64,000 bases of DNA, taken from contig CBDBDQ010000005.1 in assembly GCA_965203905.1 (NCBI GenBank), positions 7,712,001-7,776,000 of the forward strand. Reading direction: 5' to 3'. Below, piece by piece: positions 50,519 through 61,017 of this stretch (position 1 is its first letter; each line of letters begins with the position of its first letter). The translations under genes were made by a program, and so were the position numbers. The notes under the pieces are model-generated. The model ran no database searches. It had not been told where the DNA came from and saw only the letters and a program-made list of their open reading frames with translations. The DNA comes from Spirochaetia bacterium (GTDB lineage Bacteria; Spirochaetota; Spirochaetia; SZUA-6; Bin103).

Positions 50519-51355
50519 ATGTTGACGGCGGAACAGGTCGAGGCGTACCGGGAGGAGGGTTACCTTCGGGTCTCCAATATCTTCACCGAAGAGGAGTTGC
50601 GCGAGCTCAGCGACGACATGGACCGGATCGTCGACGAGTGGTGGGGAGAGGAGAGCATCGGCTGGAAGGGGCCGTGGCGCGACCACTACCTGGCGCAGGG
50701 CGAGCAGGAGCAGACCCGCGCCGTGTTCATCGGCAACCCGCACTTCTACTCGGCGGCGTGGGGGCGGGTGATCTTCCACCGGCGGCTGACCGACTGCGTG
50801 CGCGCCCTGGTTGGATGCAACGTGCAGTGGCACGGCACCATCCTGCACGCCAAGCCGCCGGAGCGCGGCACGCCGTTCCCGATGCACCAGGACTACCCGT
50901 TCTACCCGCACGACGGGCCCGACTTCGTGGACTGCCTGCTGCACCTCGACGACGCCCCGCAGGCCAGCGGCTGCCTGCAGGTGGTGCCGGGCAGCCATAA
51001 GCAGGGGCCGCTGGAGCACGTTACCGGCGCCCACACGCGGCCCTACCTGCCGCCGGAGGAGTATCACCCGAGCAGGACACCGTCGGTGCCGGTAGCGGCC
51101 AAGGCCGGAGACGTGATCTTCTTCAGCTACCTGGCCATCCACTGGTCGGACATGAACCGCACCGACAAGTGGCGGCGGTCGGTGCGCATTGGTTACCACG
51201 AGGCTTCGATGCGCCCGGTGTTCGTGAAGCCCGACGAACCCTACAACAACTTCATGGTGGCGGGATTGAAGCCGCGCGGCGAACAGGCGCAGATCACCTA
51301 CAAGGTAACCGGGCTCGGCCAGGAGCAGCACCTGAAGCCGGCGCGCGCCACCTGA
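50519..51355 (+). CDS. Phytanoyl-CoA dioxygenase (PhyH) family protein
   Basis: MLTAEQVEAYREEGY, HQD, GCL.VVPGSH and H.S..N..R motifs. Confidence 0.9.
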   Translation: MLTAEQVEAYREEGYLRVSNIFTEEELRELSDDMDRIVDEWWGEESIGWKGPWRDHYLAQGEQEQTRAVFIGNPHFYSAAWGRVIFHRRLTDCVRALVGCNVQWHGTILHAKPPERGTPFPMHQDYPFYPHDGPDFVDCLLHLDDAPQASGCLQVVPGSHKQGPLEHVTGAHTRPYLPPEEYHPSRTPSVPVAAKAGDVIFFSYLAIHWSDMNRTDKWRRSVRIGYHEASMRPVFVKPDEPYNNFMVAGLKPRGEQAQITYKVTGLGQEQHLKPARAT

Positions 51356-51376
51356 CCCTCAGCGCGTTCCGCCCCG

Positions 51377-52345
51377 TCAGCGCACGGTCAGCACCACCTT
51401 GCCGATGTTGTCGTAACGCTCCACCAGGTCGTGCGCCTGCTGCGCCTGCTGCACCGGCATGACCGTGTGGATGACCGGCAGAATCTCGCGCGCCGCCACC
51501 GCGGCTCCGAAGTCGCGCTGGAAGCCGGCGCTGATGGCGGCCTTCTCGGCGGCGGAGCGGGCGCGCAGCACGGAGCCGATCAGCCGCTGGCGCTTGCGCA
51601 TCAGGTCGCCGATGCGGAACTCGGCCACGTTGCCGCCGAGGGTGGCTATGAACACCAGCCGGCCGCGCTCTCGCAGCAGGCCCAGGTTGCGGGACAGGTA
51701 GCTGGCGCCGACGCAGTCCAGGATCACGTCCACCCCGCCGGCGGCCGCGGCGATCGCCTCCTCCCAGTGCCCGGCGGTGTGGTTGACCGCCACCTCGGCG
51801 CCCAGTTCCCGGCACGCCGCCAGCTTGGCCTCCGATCGCGCGGTCACGCACACCTTGGCGCCGGCGTGGCGGGCGAGCTGGATGGCCGCCGTGCCGACGC
51901 CGCTGGCGCCGCCGTGGATCAGCACCGTCTCGCCCGCGGTCAGATCCGCTTCCATGAACATGTTGACGTAGGCGGTGAGGAACACCTCCGGCAGGCCGCC
52001 GCCCTCGGTGAAGCTCAGCGCCTCGGGCAGCGGCATCAGGTAGCTCGCGTCGGTCGCCACCGCCTCCGCGTAGCCGCCGCCGCCGAGGATCGAGTACACC
52101 CGGTCGCCGACCGCGAATCCCTCCACCTCGGCGCCGGCCGCGGCCACCTCGCCCGCCATCTCCAAACCCAGGTAGGGCGGCGCGCCCGGCGGCGGGTCAT
52201 AGCCGCCGCGCCGCTGTGCCAAATCCGCTCGGTTCACCGCCGTGGCGTGGATCCGAACCAGCACCTCGTGCGGCTTCGGGTCCGGATCCTCCACCTCCCG
52301 CCACTGCAACGGCGCCTCTGCACCGTTCCCGACTACAATCGCATG
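51377..52345 (-). CDS. NAD(P)H-quinone oxidoreductase (PIG3 family)
   Basis: VNRAD..QRRG.Y and IHGGASGVG motifs. Confidence 0.93.
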   Translation of the reverse strand, partial: HAIVVGNGAEAPLQWREVEDPDPKPHEVLVRIHATAVNRADLAQRRGGYDPPPGAPPYLGLEMAGEVAAAGAEVEGFAVGDRVYSILGGGGYAEAVATDASYLMPLPEALSFTEGGGLPEVFLTAYVNMFMEADLTAGETVLIHGGASGVGTAAIQLARHAGAKVCVTARSEAKLAACRELGAEVAVNHTAGHWEEAIAAAAGGVDVILDCVGASYLSRNLGLLRERGRLVFIATLGGNVAEFRIGDLMRKRQRLIGSVLRARSAAEKAAISAGFQRDFGAAVAAREILPVIHTVMPVQQAQQAHDLVERYDNIGKVVLTVR

Positions 52346-53484
52346 CACCGGCCCAGCATAGCGATGCACGGGACGGCCTTCCAGACGCTATACTACTTAC
52401 CGTGACACGGCACGGTGCCCATGCGACACCGGAGGCGGACAACAGGCCCGCTCCCAGCCGGCCGATTGCGCGGCCGCGGCGCAGCAGCGGGCGCCGCATG
52501 GTCCGCAACCTCGCCGTCCTGTTCGCGGTCGGTGTCACCGCGGCCGCCGGATTGCTGTTGGCAAGCGCGCGTGCGCCGGCCCTCGCCCGCACCGGCCTCA
52601 CGCGCCCGCAGCCGGAACCGGCCTTGCCACCGGCGCGCAAGGCGACGGTTGCGGTGCCCGGCGCCGGGGCGCCGTGGCGCGTCGGGCTCCAGATCGGCCA
52701 TCTCGACTCCGCGCAGTTGCCGGATGAGCTGCGCCGGTTGCGCGGGTCCACCGGCGCGTACGCGGCCGGCATCAAGGAGGTGGATGTCAATCGCGCCGTG
52801 GCCGCGGCCGCGGCCCTGCTCTTGAAGGAAGCAGGAGTCGACGTGACGGTGCTGCCGGCCACCATCCCGCCCGGGTTTGCCGCCGATGCGTTCGTGTCGA
52901 TCCATGCCGACGGCAACCGCAATTCCGGGGTGCGCGGCTACAAGATCTCACCCCCGTGGCGGGCATCGCCGGCGTCGCGGAAGCTGGTCGCCGCCCTGCT
53001 CCAGCATTACGATGAGGCGACCGGCCTGCCGCGAGACCTGAACGGCGTCACCTACCGAATGCGCGGCTACTACGCGTTCAACAGCTACCGCTACCGTCAT
53101 GCAATTGCCTTGGACACCCCGGCGGCAATCCTGGAAATGGGCTATCTCAGCAACGGGACGGACCGCGAGTACCTCCTCGCCCACCCCGACGAGGCGGCCG
53201 CCGGGCTGGTGGCGGGCATCCTCGCCTTCCTCGACCAGCGCGACCCGTTCGACCGCTGGGACACGATGCCGGTCGAGGCGATGATCCTGCGTGCACCGCG
53301 CACCGGGATCGCGCTGCACGCCGGGCCTGATCGCAGTTCTACCGTGCGCCTGCACTTGCACCAGGGGGACACGCTCTTTGCACGCGGCGGAGTCGGCCAC
53401 TGGTACGACGTGCGCGTACAGGGCAGTTACCGCCACTTCGGCTGGGTGCACGCCGACGACCTCGGCATGCCGCCGCCCGAGTGA
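52216..53484 (+). CDS. N-acetylmuramoyl-L-alanine amidase with C-terminal SH3-like domain
   Basis: QIGH, E, FVSIHAD, PAAILEMGYLSN and GWV motifs. True start probably near 52498. Confidence 0.85.
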   Translation: MPNPLGSPPWRGSEPAPRAASGPDPPPPATATAPLHRSRLQSHAPAQHSDARDGLPDAILLTVTRHGAHATPEADNRPAPSRPIARPRRSSGRRMVRNLAVLFAVGVTAAAGLLLASARAPALARTGLTRPQPEPALPPARKATVAVPGAGAPWRVGLQIGHLDSAQLPDELRRLRGSTGAYAAGIKEVDVNRAVAAAAALLLKEAGVDVTVLPATIPPGFAADAFVSIHADGNRNSGVRGYKISPPWRASPASRKLVAALLQHYDEATGLPRDLNGVTYRMRGYYAFNSYRYRHAIALDTPAAILEMGYLSNGTDREYLLAHPDEAAAGLVAGILAFLDQRDPFDRWDTMPVEAMILRAPRTGIALHAGPDRSSTVRLHLHQGDTLFARGGVGHWYDVRVQGSYRHFGWVHADDLGMPPPE

Positions 53485-54353
53485 ACGTTCCGCGGAGCCC
53501 GGATTCCCTCGAACGGTGGCTGCGCGCGTCCGAGGTGTCGGCCGCGGCGTCCGCCGGTCAGCCGATCACTCCCGGGACCGAGAAGCTGGTGGTCTGGTAC
53601 GGCGGCGCACCCGGCCGGACCGACCTGGCAATGGTCTACGTTCATGGCTACACCGGCAGCCGGCAAGCCACCGCACCGGTGCCAGAACAGGTCGCCGGGC
53701 GGCTGTCCGCCAACCTGTTCTGTACCCGGCTGACCGGTAGCGGCCAGGGCCAGGACGCGATCGGCGATGCCACCCTGGCGTGCTGGCGGCAGGACGTAAT
53801 CGAGGCGCTGCAGGTGGGGGCGGCAATCGGGCGACGGGTGGTGCTGATCGGCATGTCCACCGGCGCCGCGCTGGCCGTCGCCGAGGTAGCCCGCCGCCCG
53901 TCGGTCGCGGCGCTGGTACTGCTGGCGCCCAACTTCTGGCCGCGCAACCGCGGCGTGAGCCTGCTGCTGACGCCGGCCGGGCCGCTGCTCGCCCGCCTGC
54001 TGGTGGGCCGCTACCGCGACCTGTCGGGGCGCGACGAAATGGAAGACCGTTATTGGACCACCCGCCACCACTCGCGATCGCTGGTACCGATGATGCAGGC
54101 GGTACGCGACGCCCGGCGCGCCGAGATGGAGGCGATCCGCTGCCCCACGCTGGTGGTGTACACCGAACGGGATGAGGTGGTATCGGTGCCCGCGACGAAG
54201 GCCGCCTACGCGCGCATCGGAAGCCCGCACAAGCAATTGCTCGACCTGCGCGGCGCCGACCGCCACGAGCTGGCCGGCACCATCCAGGCGCCCGTCATGG
54301 TGCCGGCGCTGACCGCGGCGATCACCCGCTTTCTGAGCCGATACCTGCGCTGA
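53481..54353 (+). CDS. Alpha/beta hydrolase (esterase-like)
   Basis: HGY, GMSTG, D and H motifs; GTGA coupling to the amidase. Confidence 0.9.
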   Translation: MNVPRSPDSLERWLRASEVSAAASAGQPITPGTEKLVVWYGGAPGRTDLAMVYVHGYTGSRQATAPVPEQVAGRLSANLFCTRLTGSGQGQDAIGDATLACWRQDVIEALQVGAAIGRRVVLIGMSTGAALAVAEVARRPSVAALVLLAPNFWPRNRGVSLLLTPAGPLLARLLVGRYRDLSGRDEMEDRYWTTRHHSRSLVPMMQAVRDARRAEMEAIRCPTLVVYTERDEVVSVPATKAAYARIGSPHKQLLDLRGADRHELAGTIQAPVMVPALTAAITRFLSRYLR

Positions 54354-55584
54354 CCGCGGCGCGGCGCCGGCGTGAGTTGCGTCCGGGCAGGAATCGGAAC
54401 GCGATGCCGGCGGCTACCAGCGGCAGCCAACCGAGCGCGCTCAGCATGACGGTGACGCCGGCCACGTCGGCTATCCAGCCGAGCAGCGGCAGGGTGAGAC
54501 TCGCCAGTCCCCAGCTCATCCCCAGCGGCAGGCTGGAGGCCAGCGCACGCTGACCGGGCGCCGCCTGCTGGGCGAGCGCCACCATCACCGACGTGCTGGA
54601 GCCGAGCAGGCCGCCGCCGACCGCCAGCAGCAGCAACGACGCGGGCCCCGGCACCAGCGCGTAGGCACACAGGAACGGCGCCGCCGCCGCCAGCGAGCCC
54701 CACACCAGCGGCTTCGGATCGGCGCGGTCGGCGATCCGTCCCACCCCCAGGCTGGCCAGCACCCCGGCCAGGCTGTACACCGACAGCGCGATGCCGCCGG
54801 CCACCAGGCTCATGCCGCGATCGCGGTTCAGAATGGCGATGAACAGGTTGAACCCGAGGAAGGTGACGTTGCGCAGCACCACCACGGAGAGAATGGCGGC
54901 CAGCGGCCGCATGCTGGCGGCAAGCTGGGCAGCCACGGCACGCCAGCGTTGGTCCTGTGCCGGATCCGCTGCGAGCGGCACCCAGCGCCAGATGGCGAGC
55001 GCCGCCGCCACGCCGGGCAGCGCGGCCAGCGGCAGTATGCGCGTTCCGAATGCATTCACCGTGAACGTGAGCCAGGTCGGCGTGATCGCCAGGCCGACGG
55101 TGCCGGCGAACACGAACAGGGCAATTCCGAACGCCCGCCGCACGCCGCTCAGGTCGGCGGCGATCACGAACGACTGCGGATGGAATGCCGAAACGCCGAG
55201 ACCGCCGGCGGCGATCACGGCAATGGTCAGTGCGAAACTCCCGGTCACGCCCATCAGCGGCATGCACAAGGCCGCCAACAGTACGCCCGCCGGCACCAGG
55301 TTGCGCCGCCGCAGGCGGTCACCGAGGAGACCGAACAGCGGCTGCGACAGATTGCTGAACGCCATCACCGCGCCGATGGTGGCGGTGGCGGCCAGGCTGA
55401 GTCCGAGCCGCTCCTGCAGCAGGGGAACCATCGGCGGCAGCATGCCGGCGTAGGAGTCGACACAGAAATGGCCGGCCGACAGCGGCAGCAGCGGACGGCG
55501 CTGCAGGGCCGTCTTCGCGGCCTCCGCTGCAGCCTCATGACCCGGCGCGGCAGACGGCCGCGTGGCGGCCGCGTCGACGGTCAT
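54322..55584 (-). CDS. MFS transporter (Fsr-like)
   Basis: GHFCVDSY, QPLFG..DR and FHP motifs; about 12 TMs. Confidence 0.9.
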   Translation of the reverse strand: MTVDAAATRPSAAPGHEAAAEAAKTALQRRPLLPLSAGHFCVDSYAGMLPPMVPLLQERLGLSLAATATIGAVMAFSNLSQPLFGLLGDRLRRRNLVPAGVLLAALCMPLMGVTGSFALTIAVIAAGGLGVSAFHPQSFVIAADLSGVRRAFGIALFVFAGTVGLAITPTWLTFTVNAFGTRILPLAALPGVAAALAIWRWVPLAADPAQDQRWRAVAAQLAASMRPLAAILSVVVLRNVTFLGFNLFIAILNRDRGMSLVAGGIALSVYSLAGVLASLGVGRIADRADPKPLVWGSLAAAAPFLCAYALVPGPASLLLLAVGGGLLGSSTSVMVALAQQAAPGQRALASSLPLGMSWGLASLTLPLLGWIADVAGVTVMLSALGWLPLVAAGIAFRFLPGRNSRRRRAAVSAGIGSESG

Positions 55585-56831
55585 CGCTCGGCCTCCAGTT
55601 GCGGCGGCACGCGCCCGGAGGTCAGCACCGCCTCGATCTGGCGCTCGGCGCGCCAGCGCGACGACGCCGCCACCAGCTCCAGCAGGCGGCGCAGTTCGGC
55701 GCGGTCCTCCAGCCGGGCCAGCGCCGGCACCGACTGCTTCAGAATCCGAAATCCGCGCCGGGCGTTGAGACGCAGGCTCGGCGTCCGGCTGCTGCCGTAG
55801 ATGCCGCTCTCCAGCGAGCGCAGGTACTGGTAGGAGGCGTCCAGCTCGGGACAGATGCCGCGGCCCGCGGCGCGACGAGTGATCTCGGCGGTGATCAGTT
55901 CCTGCATGCGGTCCAGGTTGGTGCCGCCGCGAAAGGTGACCCGCAGCGGCACGCTCACCAGCGCCTCGCCGTCCGCCGTGAAGCCGCTGAACCACTCGGT
56001 GTAGAACCCCTTCTCCAGCACGATCGGCGTGGAGCGCGGGATGAAGCGCATGCGCCGCAACTCCTCGAGTTGATGCTCGATGCGGGCAATCTCCTCCTGC
56101 AGCCGGGGATCGCCGGGATTGGCCGACAACTGATGGCGCAACGGCGGCAGGATCTCCTGTTCGAACAGCAGGATTGCCTGCGACAGGGGCAGCCGGATGC
56201 GGTCGGACGCGAGTAGCTCCTGGTCCGCCTCGTGCTCGATGCCGTAGGGAGGGTCGGGCTCACCCTCCGGCGCGACGGTGGCGAACATGGAACGCAGGAA
56301 CCGGCGCAGCGGCGGCGGCAGGCGCTCGGAGTGGAACAGGGGCGCGTAGGTGTCGTCGCGGGCGGCGTACTTGCGCAGCGCGGCCGTGACGATGCGCGCG
56401 AGCGCGCGCGAGGTCGCAATCGAGGCCTCCTCCGGCTCCAGCAGCGCACCGCCGCCGCGCAGCACCAACTGCTGGAACAGATCGCGGGCGCGCCGATAGC
56501 CGGGGTCGCTGCCGATCAGTTCGCGCTGGTCGGAGGAGATGCCGGTCGATTGCAGTTCCTCCAGGAGCGCCAGTCCGCTGACCGCGCACTGCCGCGCCCG
56601 GCGGTACAGCCGCGGCGCCGGCTCGCCGCTGGCGCGCACGCCGTCGAGAATGTGCAGTGCCAGGGAGAAACGGGTCGCGCACAGCCCGAACACATGGTCC
56701 AGGTTCTTCAGGCCGGCGAAGCGCATCTCGTCATCGGCAACGCAGGCGGCCAACCGTGCCTCTTCCCGCTCCAGCCGGCGTACCGTCGCCTTCCACGACG
56801 CTTCCGGGCTGCGCGGCACCGACTCGTTCAC
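55581..56831 (-). CDS. Hypothetical helical protein
   Basis: 416-aa ORF with genome-like codon usage, ATGA-coupled to the MFS gene. Confidence 0.7.
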   Translation of the reverse strand: MNESVPRSPEASWKATVRRLEREEARLAACVADDEMRFAGLKNLDHVFGLCATRFSLALHILDGVRASGEPAPRLYRRARQCAVSGLALLEELQSTGISSDQRELIGSDPGYRRARDLFQQLVLRGGGALLEPEEASIATSRALARIVTAALRKYAARDDTYAPLFHSERLPPPLRRFLRSMFATVAPEGEPDPPYGIEHEADQELLASDRIRLPLSQAILLFEQEILPPLRHQLSANPGDPRLQEEIARIEHQLEELRRMRFIPRSTPIVLEKGFYTEWFSGFTADGEALVSVPLRVTFRGGTNLDRMQELITAEITRRAAGRGICPELDASYQYLRSLESGIYGSSRTPSLRLNARRGFRILKQSVPALARLEDRAELRRLLELVAASSRWRAERQIEAVLTSGRVPPQLEAER

Positions 56832-56946
56832 GCCGCTACCGTGCCGCCCACCGCCGCAGCCGTCAACCGATGTCCCCGGCGCTGCTGATCGGTGAAGAAG
56901 ACAATGACAATGAAGACAATAACGCTGGGTCGTTCGGTGGCGGCCA

Positions 56947-56955
56947 TGGTATAAT
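56947..56955 (+). promoter_or_regulatory. Extended -10 box
   Basis: TGGTATAAT just upstream of the glutaredoxin start. Confidence 0.6.
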
Positions 56956-56965
56956 GATGGGCGCA

Positions 56966-57202
56966 ATGGCGGTTCGCATCTACTCTACCCCCACCTGCAC
57001 GTTCTGCGATCAACTCAAGGGTTACCTGCGCCAGCGGCAGGTGAGATTCGTCGACTACGACGTGTCGCGCGACGAGCGCAAGGCCGGCGAGATGCTGCAC
57101 AAGTCGCGCCAGACGGCGGTGCCGGTGCTCGACTTCCACGGCACCATCGTGGTCGGCTTCGACAAGCCCAAGGTCGACCGGCTCATCGCCCGCTACCAGT
57201 GA
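56966..57202 (+). CDS. Glutaredoxin-like protein (NrdH/YruB)
   Basis: YSTPTCTFC, VPV and VGFD motifs. Confidence 0.92.
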   Translation: MAVRIYSTPTCTFCDQLKGYLRQRQVRFVDYDVSRDERKAGEMLHKSRQTAVPVLDFHGTIVVGFDKPKVDRLIARYQ

Positions 57203-57347
57203 GCTGACGGCTGAACCGACAGCGCGCAGGCCGAAGCGCCGGCGGCAGCGGACGAAGCCACCATGCCTTGCCGAGACGGCGCGGGCGAGCGGCGGCTGAC
57301 GTAGTGGACACTGGACGCAAGCTGCACGTTGCGATGCACTCTACCGT

Positions 57348-58463
57348 ATGCCCGACTCTGTGCAGTTGATCGTCGACTGCCACCTGGACCTCGCCTGGAA
57401 CGCCCTTGGCTACAAGCGCGACCTGACCCTGCCGCTGGCGGAACTGAACCGCACCGAACGCGGGGTCGGCGATCACGCCGGCCGCGGTCTGGCCACCACC
57501 ACCCTGCCGGAGATGCGCGCCGGCGGCGTGGGCCTGTGCCTGGCCACGCTGATCGCGCGCACGCCGGTGGGGGAGACCGCCATCCACGGCAACCTGCTCG
57601 ACTATCCCACGCCGGCCGCGGCCGCGGCGGCCGCCTCCGGTCAACTCGCCTGGTACCGCACATTGGCGGAGGCCGGCGAGGTGGCCCTGCTGGCCGCCAC
57701 GGGTGACGTGAGCGCCCACGCCCGCCGATGGCGTGCCGGCGACGGACACCGGGTGGGCATCGTATTGGCAATGGAGGGCTGCGACCCGATCATCTCGCCG
57801 GAGCACGTGCAGCGCTGGTACGACGCCGGCCTGCGCGTGGCCAGCCTGGTGCATTACGGGCTGGGCCGCTACGCCGGCGGCACCGGCACCGACGGCGGGG
57901 TGACCCCGGCGGGACGGGCGCTGCTGGCCGCGTTCGAGCAGGCCGGGCTGATCCTGGACGTCACCCACCTGTCCGACCGCGCGTTTTACCAGGCCCTCGA
58001 CCGCTACGCGGGGCCGCTGCTGGCCAGCCACCAGAACTGCCGCGCGCTGGTGCCGGGCGGACGCCAGTTCAGCGACGACCAGGTGCGACTGGTGCTCGAC
58101 CGCGGCGGCATCGTCGCCGTGGCATGCGATGCCTGGATGCTCCATCCCGGCTGGGTGCGTGGCGAAACCGGTGCCGACCTGGTGCCGATGACCGCGCTGG
58201 CCGACCACGTCGACCACATCTGCCAGCTCGCCGGCAACGCGCGCCAGGTAGCGGTCGGCAGCGACCTCGACGGCGGCTTCGGCTCCGACCAGACCCCGAA
58301 CGAACTCACCTCCATCGCCGACCTGCAGCGCCTCGCACCAATCCTGGCCGAGCGCGGCTACACCGCCGAGCAGACCACCGCCGTGCTGGCCGACAATGCC
58401 CTCCGCTTCCTCACCACCCACCTCCCTGCCGGCAACCTGACGGCGCCGACGGCCCTGGTCTGA
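57348..58463 (+). CDS. Membrane dipeptidase (peptidase M19)
   Basis: DCHLDL, MEG, DVTH, ASH.N and GSDLDG motifs. Confidence 0.93.
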   Translation: MPDSVQLIVDCHLDLAWNALGYKRDLTLPLAELNRTERGVGDHAGRGLATTTLPEMRAGGVGLCLATLIARTPVGETAIHGNLLDYPTPAAAAAAASGQLAWYRTLAEAGEVALLAATGDVSAHARRWRAGDGHRVGIVLAMEGCDPIISPEHVQRWYDAGLRVASLVHYGLGRYAGGTGTDGGVTPAGRALLAAFEQAGLILDVTHLSDRAFYQALDRYAGPLLASHQNCRALVPGGRQFSDDQVRLVLDRGGIVAVACDAWMLHPGWVRGETGADLVPMTALADHVDHICQLAGNARQVAVGSDLDGGFGSDQTPNELTSIADLQRLAPILAERGYTAEQTTAVLADNALRFLTTHLPAGNLTAPTALV

Positions 58464-58503
58464 CCCTTCTCGCGCGCCTGCAGGAGCGCCGGCAGCGCGC
58501 GTC

Positions 58504-59734
58504 TCAATACCTGCCCGCGGCCGCGGTGGCGGCGCGCATGGTGGCGTAGGTTTCCTCGTCCCAGGCGGTCAGACGGCGCAGCCGTACCGGAACGTCGGAG
58601 GGCAGCACTTGGCGTCCGCGGCACACGACCAGTTCCGGCTTGATGCGGCGGTGCCCGGTGCGCTCCTGCAGGTGCGAGTCGCGGAACCGGAACTCGCCCT
58701 CCTCTACCGAGAACACCAGCACGTCGGCGCTGGCGCCGGGCAGCAGGGTGCCCAGCTCGGGAGCGCGGCCGATGGCGCGCGCCGGCGCCAGGGTCGCCTT
58801 CTCCACCACCTCGGCAAGGCTCATGCCGAGCAGCAGGAACTTGGACATGGTGGTGGGCAGGTCGAACACCACCTGCTCGACGTTGTAGCGGTGCAGGTCG
58901 GTGCTGATGGTGTCCGGGTAGAACGTGTGCTCGAACGCCTTCAGCGCGGTGTCCCAGCGAAAGCTGCCGGAACCGTGGCCGACATCGAACACCACGCCCC
59001 GGTCGCGCGCCGCCCGCGCCTCCGGCCGCAGGGCGCCGCTGGCGGCATCGAGGATGCCGTCGCCGCGCCCGGTGAAGCAGTGAGTGACGATGTCGCCTGA
59101 CCGCAGGCGGGACAGCACCTCGCGGGTGGCGCCCTGCACGCTGATGTGCACCATCGCCCGCGTGCCGGCCTCCTTGGCGGCTTGCAGAGCCAGCTCCACG
59201 GCCTCGACGTTGTGGCCCAGGGCCATGGTGCCGGCGCGGAACTTTACGCCCAGGGCGATGTCGCGGTGCTCCAGGATCGCCGCCGCGGTCTCACGCGGGC
59301 GCGCGTAGCGCAGGTCGCGAAGCTCGCCGAGCGTGGAGGTGGGAATGCCCAGGCAGCCGATGTGGACGAACGGCAGGATACGCACTTCGGCGCCGTCGAT
59401 GGCGGTGCGGCGGAACTCCGGGAAGTTGACGCAGCCGCAGGTGCCGGCATCGACCGCCGTGGTCACCCCGCCGCGCAGCGCCGCGCGCGGATCGACACCG
59501 AACAGGCTGCCCTCGTAGTAGTGCCCATGCAGATCCACCAGCCCCGGGCACACGTACCTGTCCGTACAGTCCACCACCGTAGCAGGAGCGACCTCCGGCG
59601 TGACGCCCGCCCCGAACGACGGCTGCGACACGATCGCCGGCAACCACCACGTCGGCGATCCCGTCCACCCGCCCGCCTGGATCGATGACATGTCCGCCCC
59701 GCAGCATCAGGGTCGGCTCTCGTGCCGTTTCCAT
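58504..59734 (-). CDS. Amidohydrolase/deacetylase (dihydroorotase-like), frameshift near 59615
   Basis: LRGGHVIDP in one frame; PGLVDLHGH, VDAG, THC, FDVGHG and STDLH in the next. Confidence 0.88.
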
Positions 59735-59865
59735 GGCTCCCGCAGGGTGCCCGGAGCGCCCACCACTACGCAAGGCCGGAGCCTTCGCCGGCCCGCGTCG
59801 GCGGTGCATGCCAAACGCAGCGGCCCTATTCCATCCGCCTGCGAAATCGGTCTGCGGATTGCCCC

Positions 59866-60891
59866 TCAGCGAGATTCGCCGCCACGCAGGTAGCGGCTTG
59901 CTCGGTATTCGTCGACCCACTGGCGGGTACTGCGCCAGTGGCCGTCGGATCCCCGCGTGGCACGGAGCCGCCCACGCGCCGCGGCCGCCCGAAGCGCCGG
60001 CCCGTTCAGATCGGGAGTCTCCAATGCGGCCAGAGGGACGAGTCGGGCGGGGCCGGCTACCGCAGGTATGACGAATCGGTGCAGGCTGGCAAGAATCGCG
60101 CGCGCGAGCATCTCGCCGAGCGGTCCCGGCTCCCCTTCGTCCGCGCGGTGCAGTGCACGGAGATACCGTGCCCGGTCGCGCTTGTAGATGACCGCGGGCG
60201 GGTAACCGAGCCGGACGAGGATCAGATTGAGAACGAGTCGCCCGGTTCGGCCGTTGCCGTCCAGGAAGGGATGGATCTGCTCGAATCGGCAGTGGGTCCG
60301 GGCCAGAGTCTCGGGAAACGCCGGACGGGTCGCATCGAGGGAGTTGACGCTGCCCAACCAAGTATTCATCTCCGCGGAAATGAGCGGCCATGAGACGGGA
60401 ACCATGCCACGTGAGAAGGGATGGATGTCATGTTCTCTGAAGCTGCCGGGATTCTCCCGCGCGGTCGCATCGGGATGTGGAGCCACCTGCCACACCGGCT
60501 GCATCGCCTGGTAGTGTACGTTGCGGACTTCGGCCAGGGTCAGGATTTCCTCGGGATGGGAGAGCCCGGTTCGACTGATCGCCTGCCGGTACACCCAGTC
60601 CGCGGCATCGGCGTAGCCGCGCACCTCCAGGTACTCGCGCAGCTCCTTGTTGCCGACTGCGAGACCCTCGTCGAGAAGGCGCTCGACCTGTTTCAGGACC
60701 AGCGTGTTGCCTTCGATCGCCGTCGAGTGGTGGACTTCCTCGTACCATATGCCGCGCCAGATGCCATCAGCCTCCGCGGGGCTCGGCAGCCCCCCCATGC
60801 GTTCCCGCAGCTCCCGGATCTGCGTGTCGACCCTCCGGTACACGTCCTCACGCCGAGGTCGACCACGTCCGGGAGAAATGTGTTCGTTCAC
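59866..60891 (-). CDS. Fic-domain protein with C-terminal DNA-binding-like extension
   Basis: HSTAIEGNTL and canonical HPFLDGNGRTGR motifs. Confidence 0.93.
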   Translation of the reverse strand: MNEHISPGRGRPRREDVYRRVDTQIRELRERMGGLPSPAEADGIWRGIWYEEVHHSTAIEGNTLVLKQVERLLDEGLAVGNKELREYLEVRGYADAADWVYRQAISRTGLSHPEEILTLAEVRNVHYQAMQPVWQVAPHPDATARENPGSFREHDIHPFSRGMVPVSWPLISAEMNTWLGSVNSLDATRPAFPETLARTHCRFEQIHPFLDGNGRTGRLVLNLILVRLGYPPAVIYKRDRARYLRALHRADEGEPGPLGEMLARAILASLHRFVIPAVAGPARLVPLAALETPDLNGPALRAAAARGRLRATRGSDGHWRSTRQWVDEYRASRYLRGGESR

Positions 60892-61017
60892 CGCAAACCA
60901 AAGTTACCGAACAATTTTTGTGCTGTCTACGGGAGATTAATGTTACCGAACACTTCCGTCGCGCCAACCGCAGTTGCGGTTCTATTTGGCACCGGATGTA
61001 GCTAACTTAGCAGCGAC

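Noticed and set aside
250-59620. Many frameshifted genes as programmed frameshifting or mass pseudogenisation
   Set aside because: These are single-base indels, several in homopolymers, in otherwise intact genes. Sequencing error is the simplest explanation; read polishing is needed to confirm.
60880-60925. LexA (GAAC-N4-GTTC) box at the Fic promoter
   Set aside because: Only half-sites match, and the spacing does not fit.
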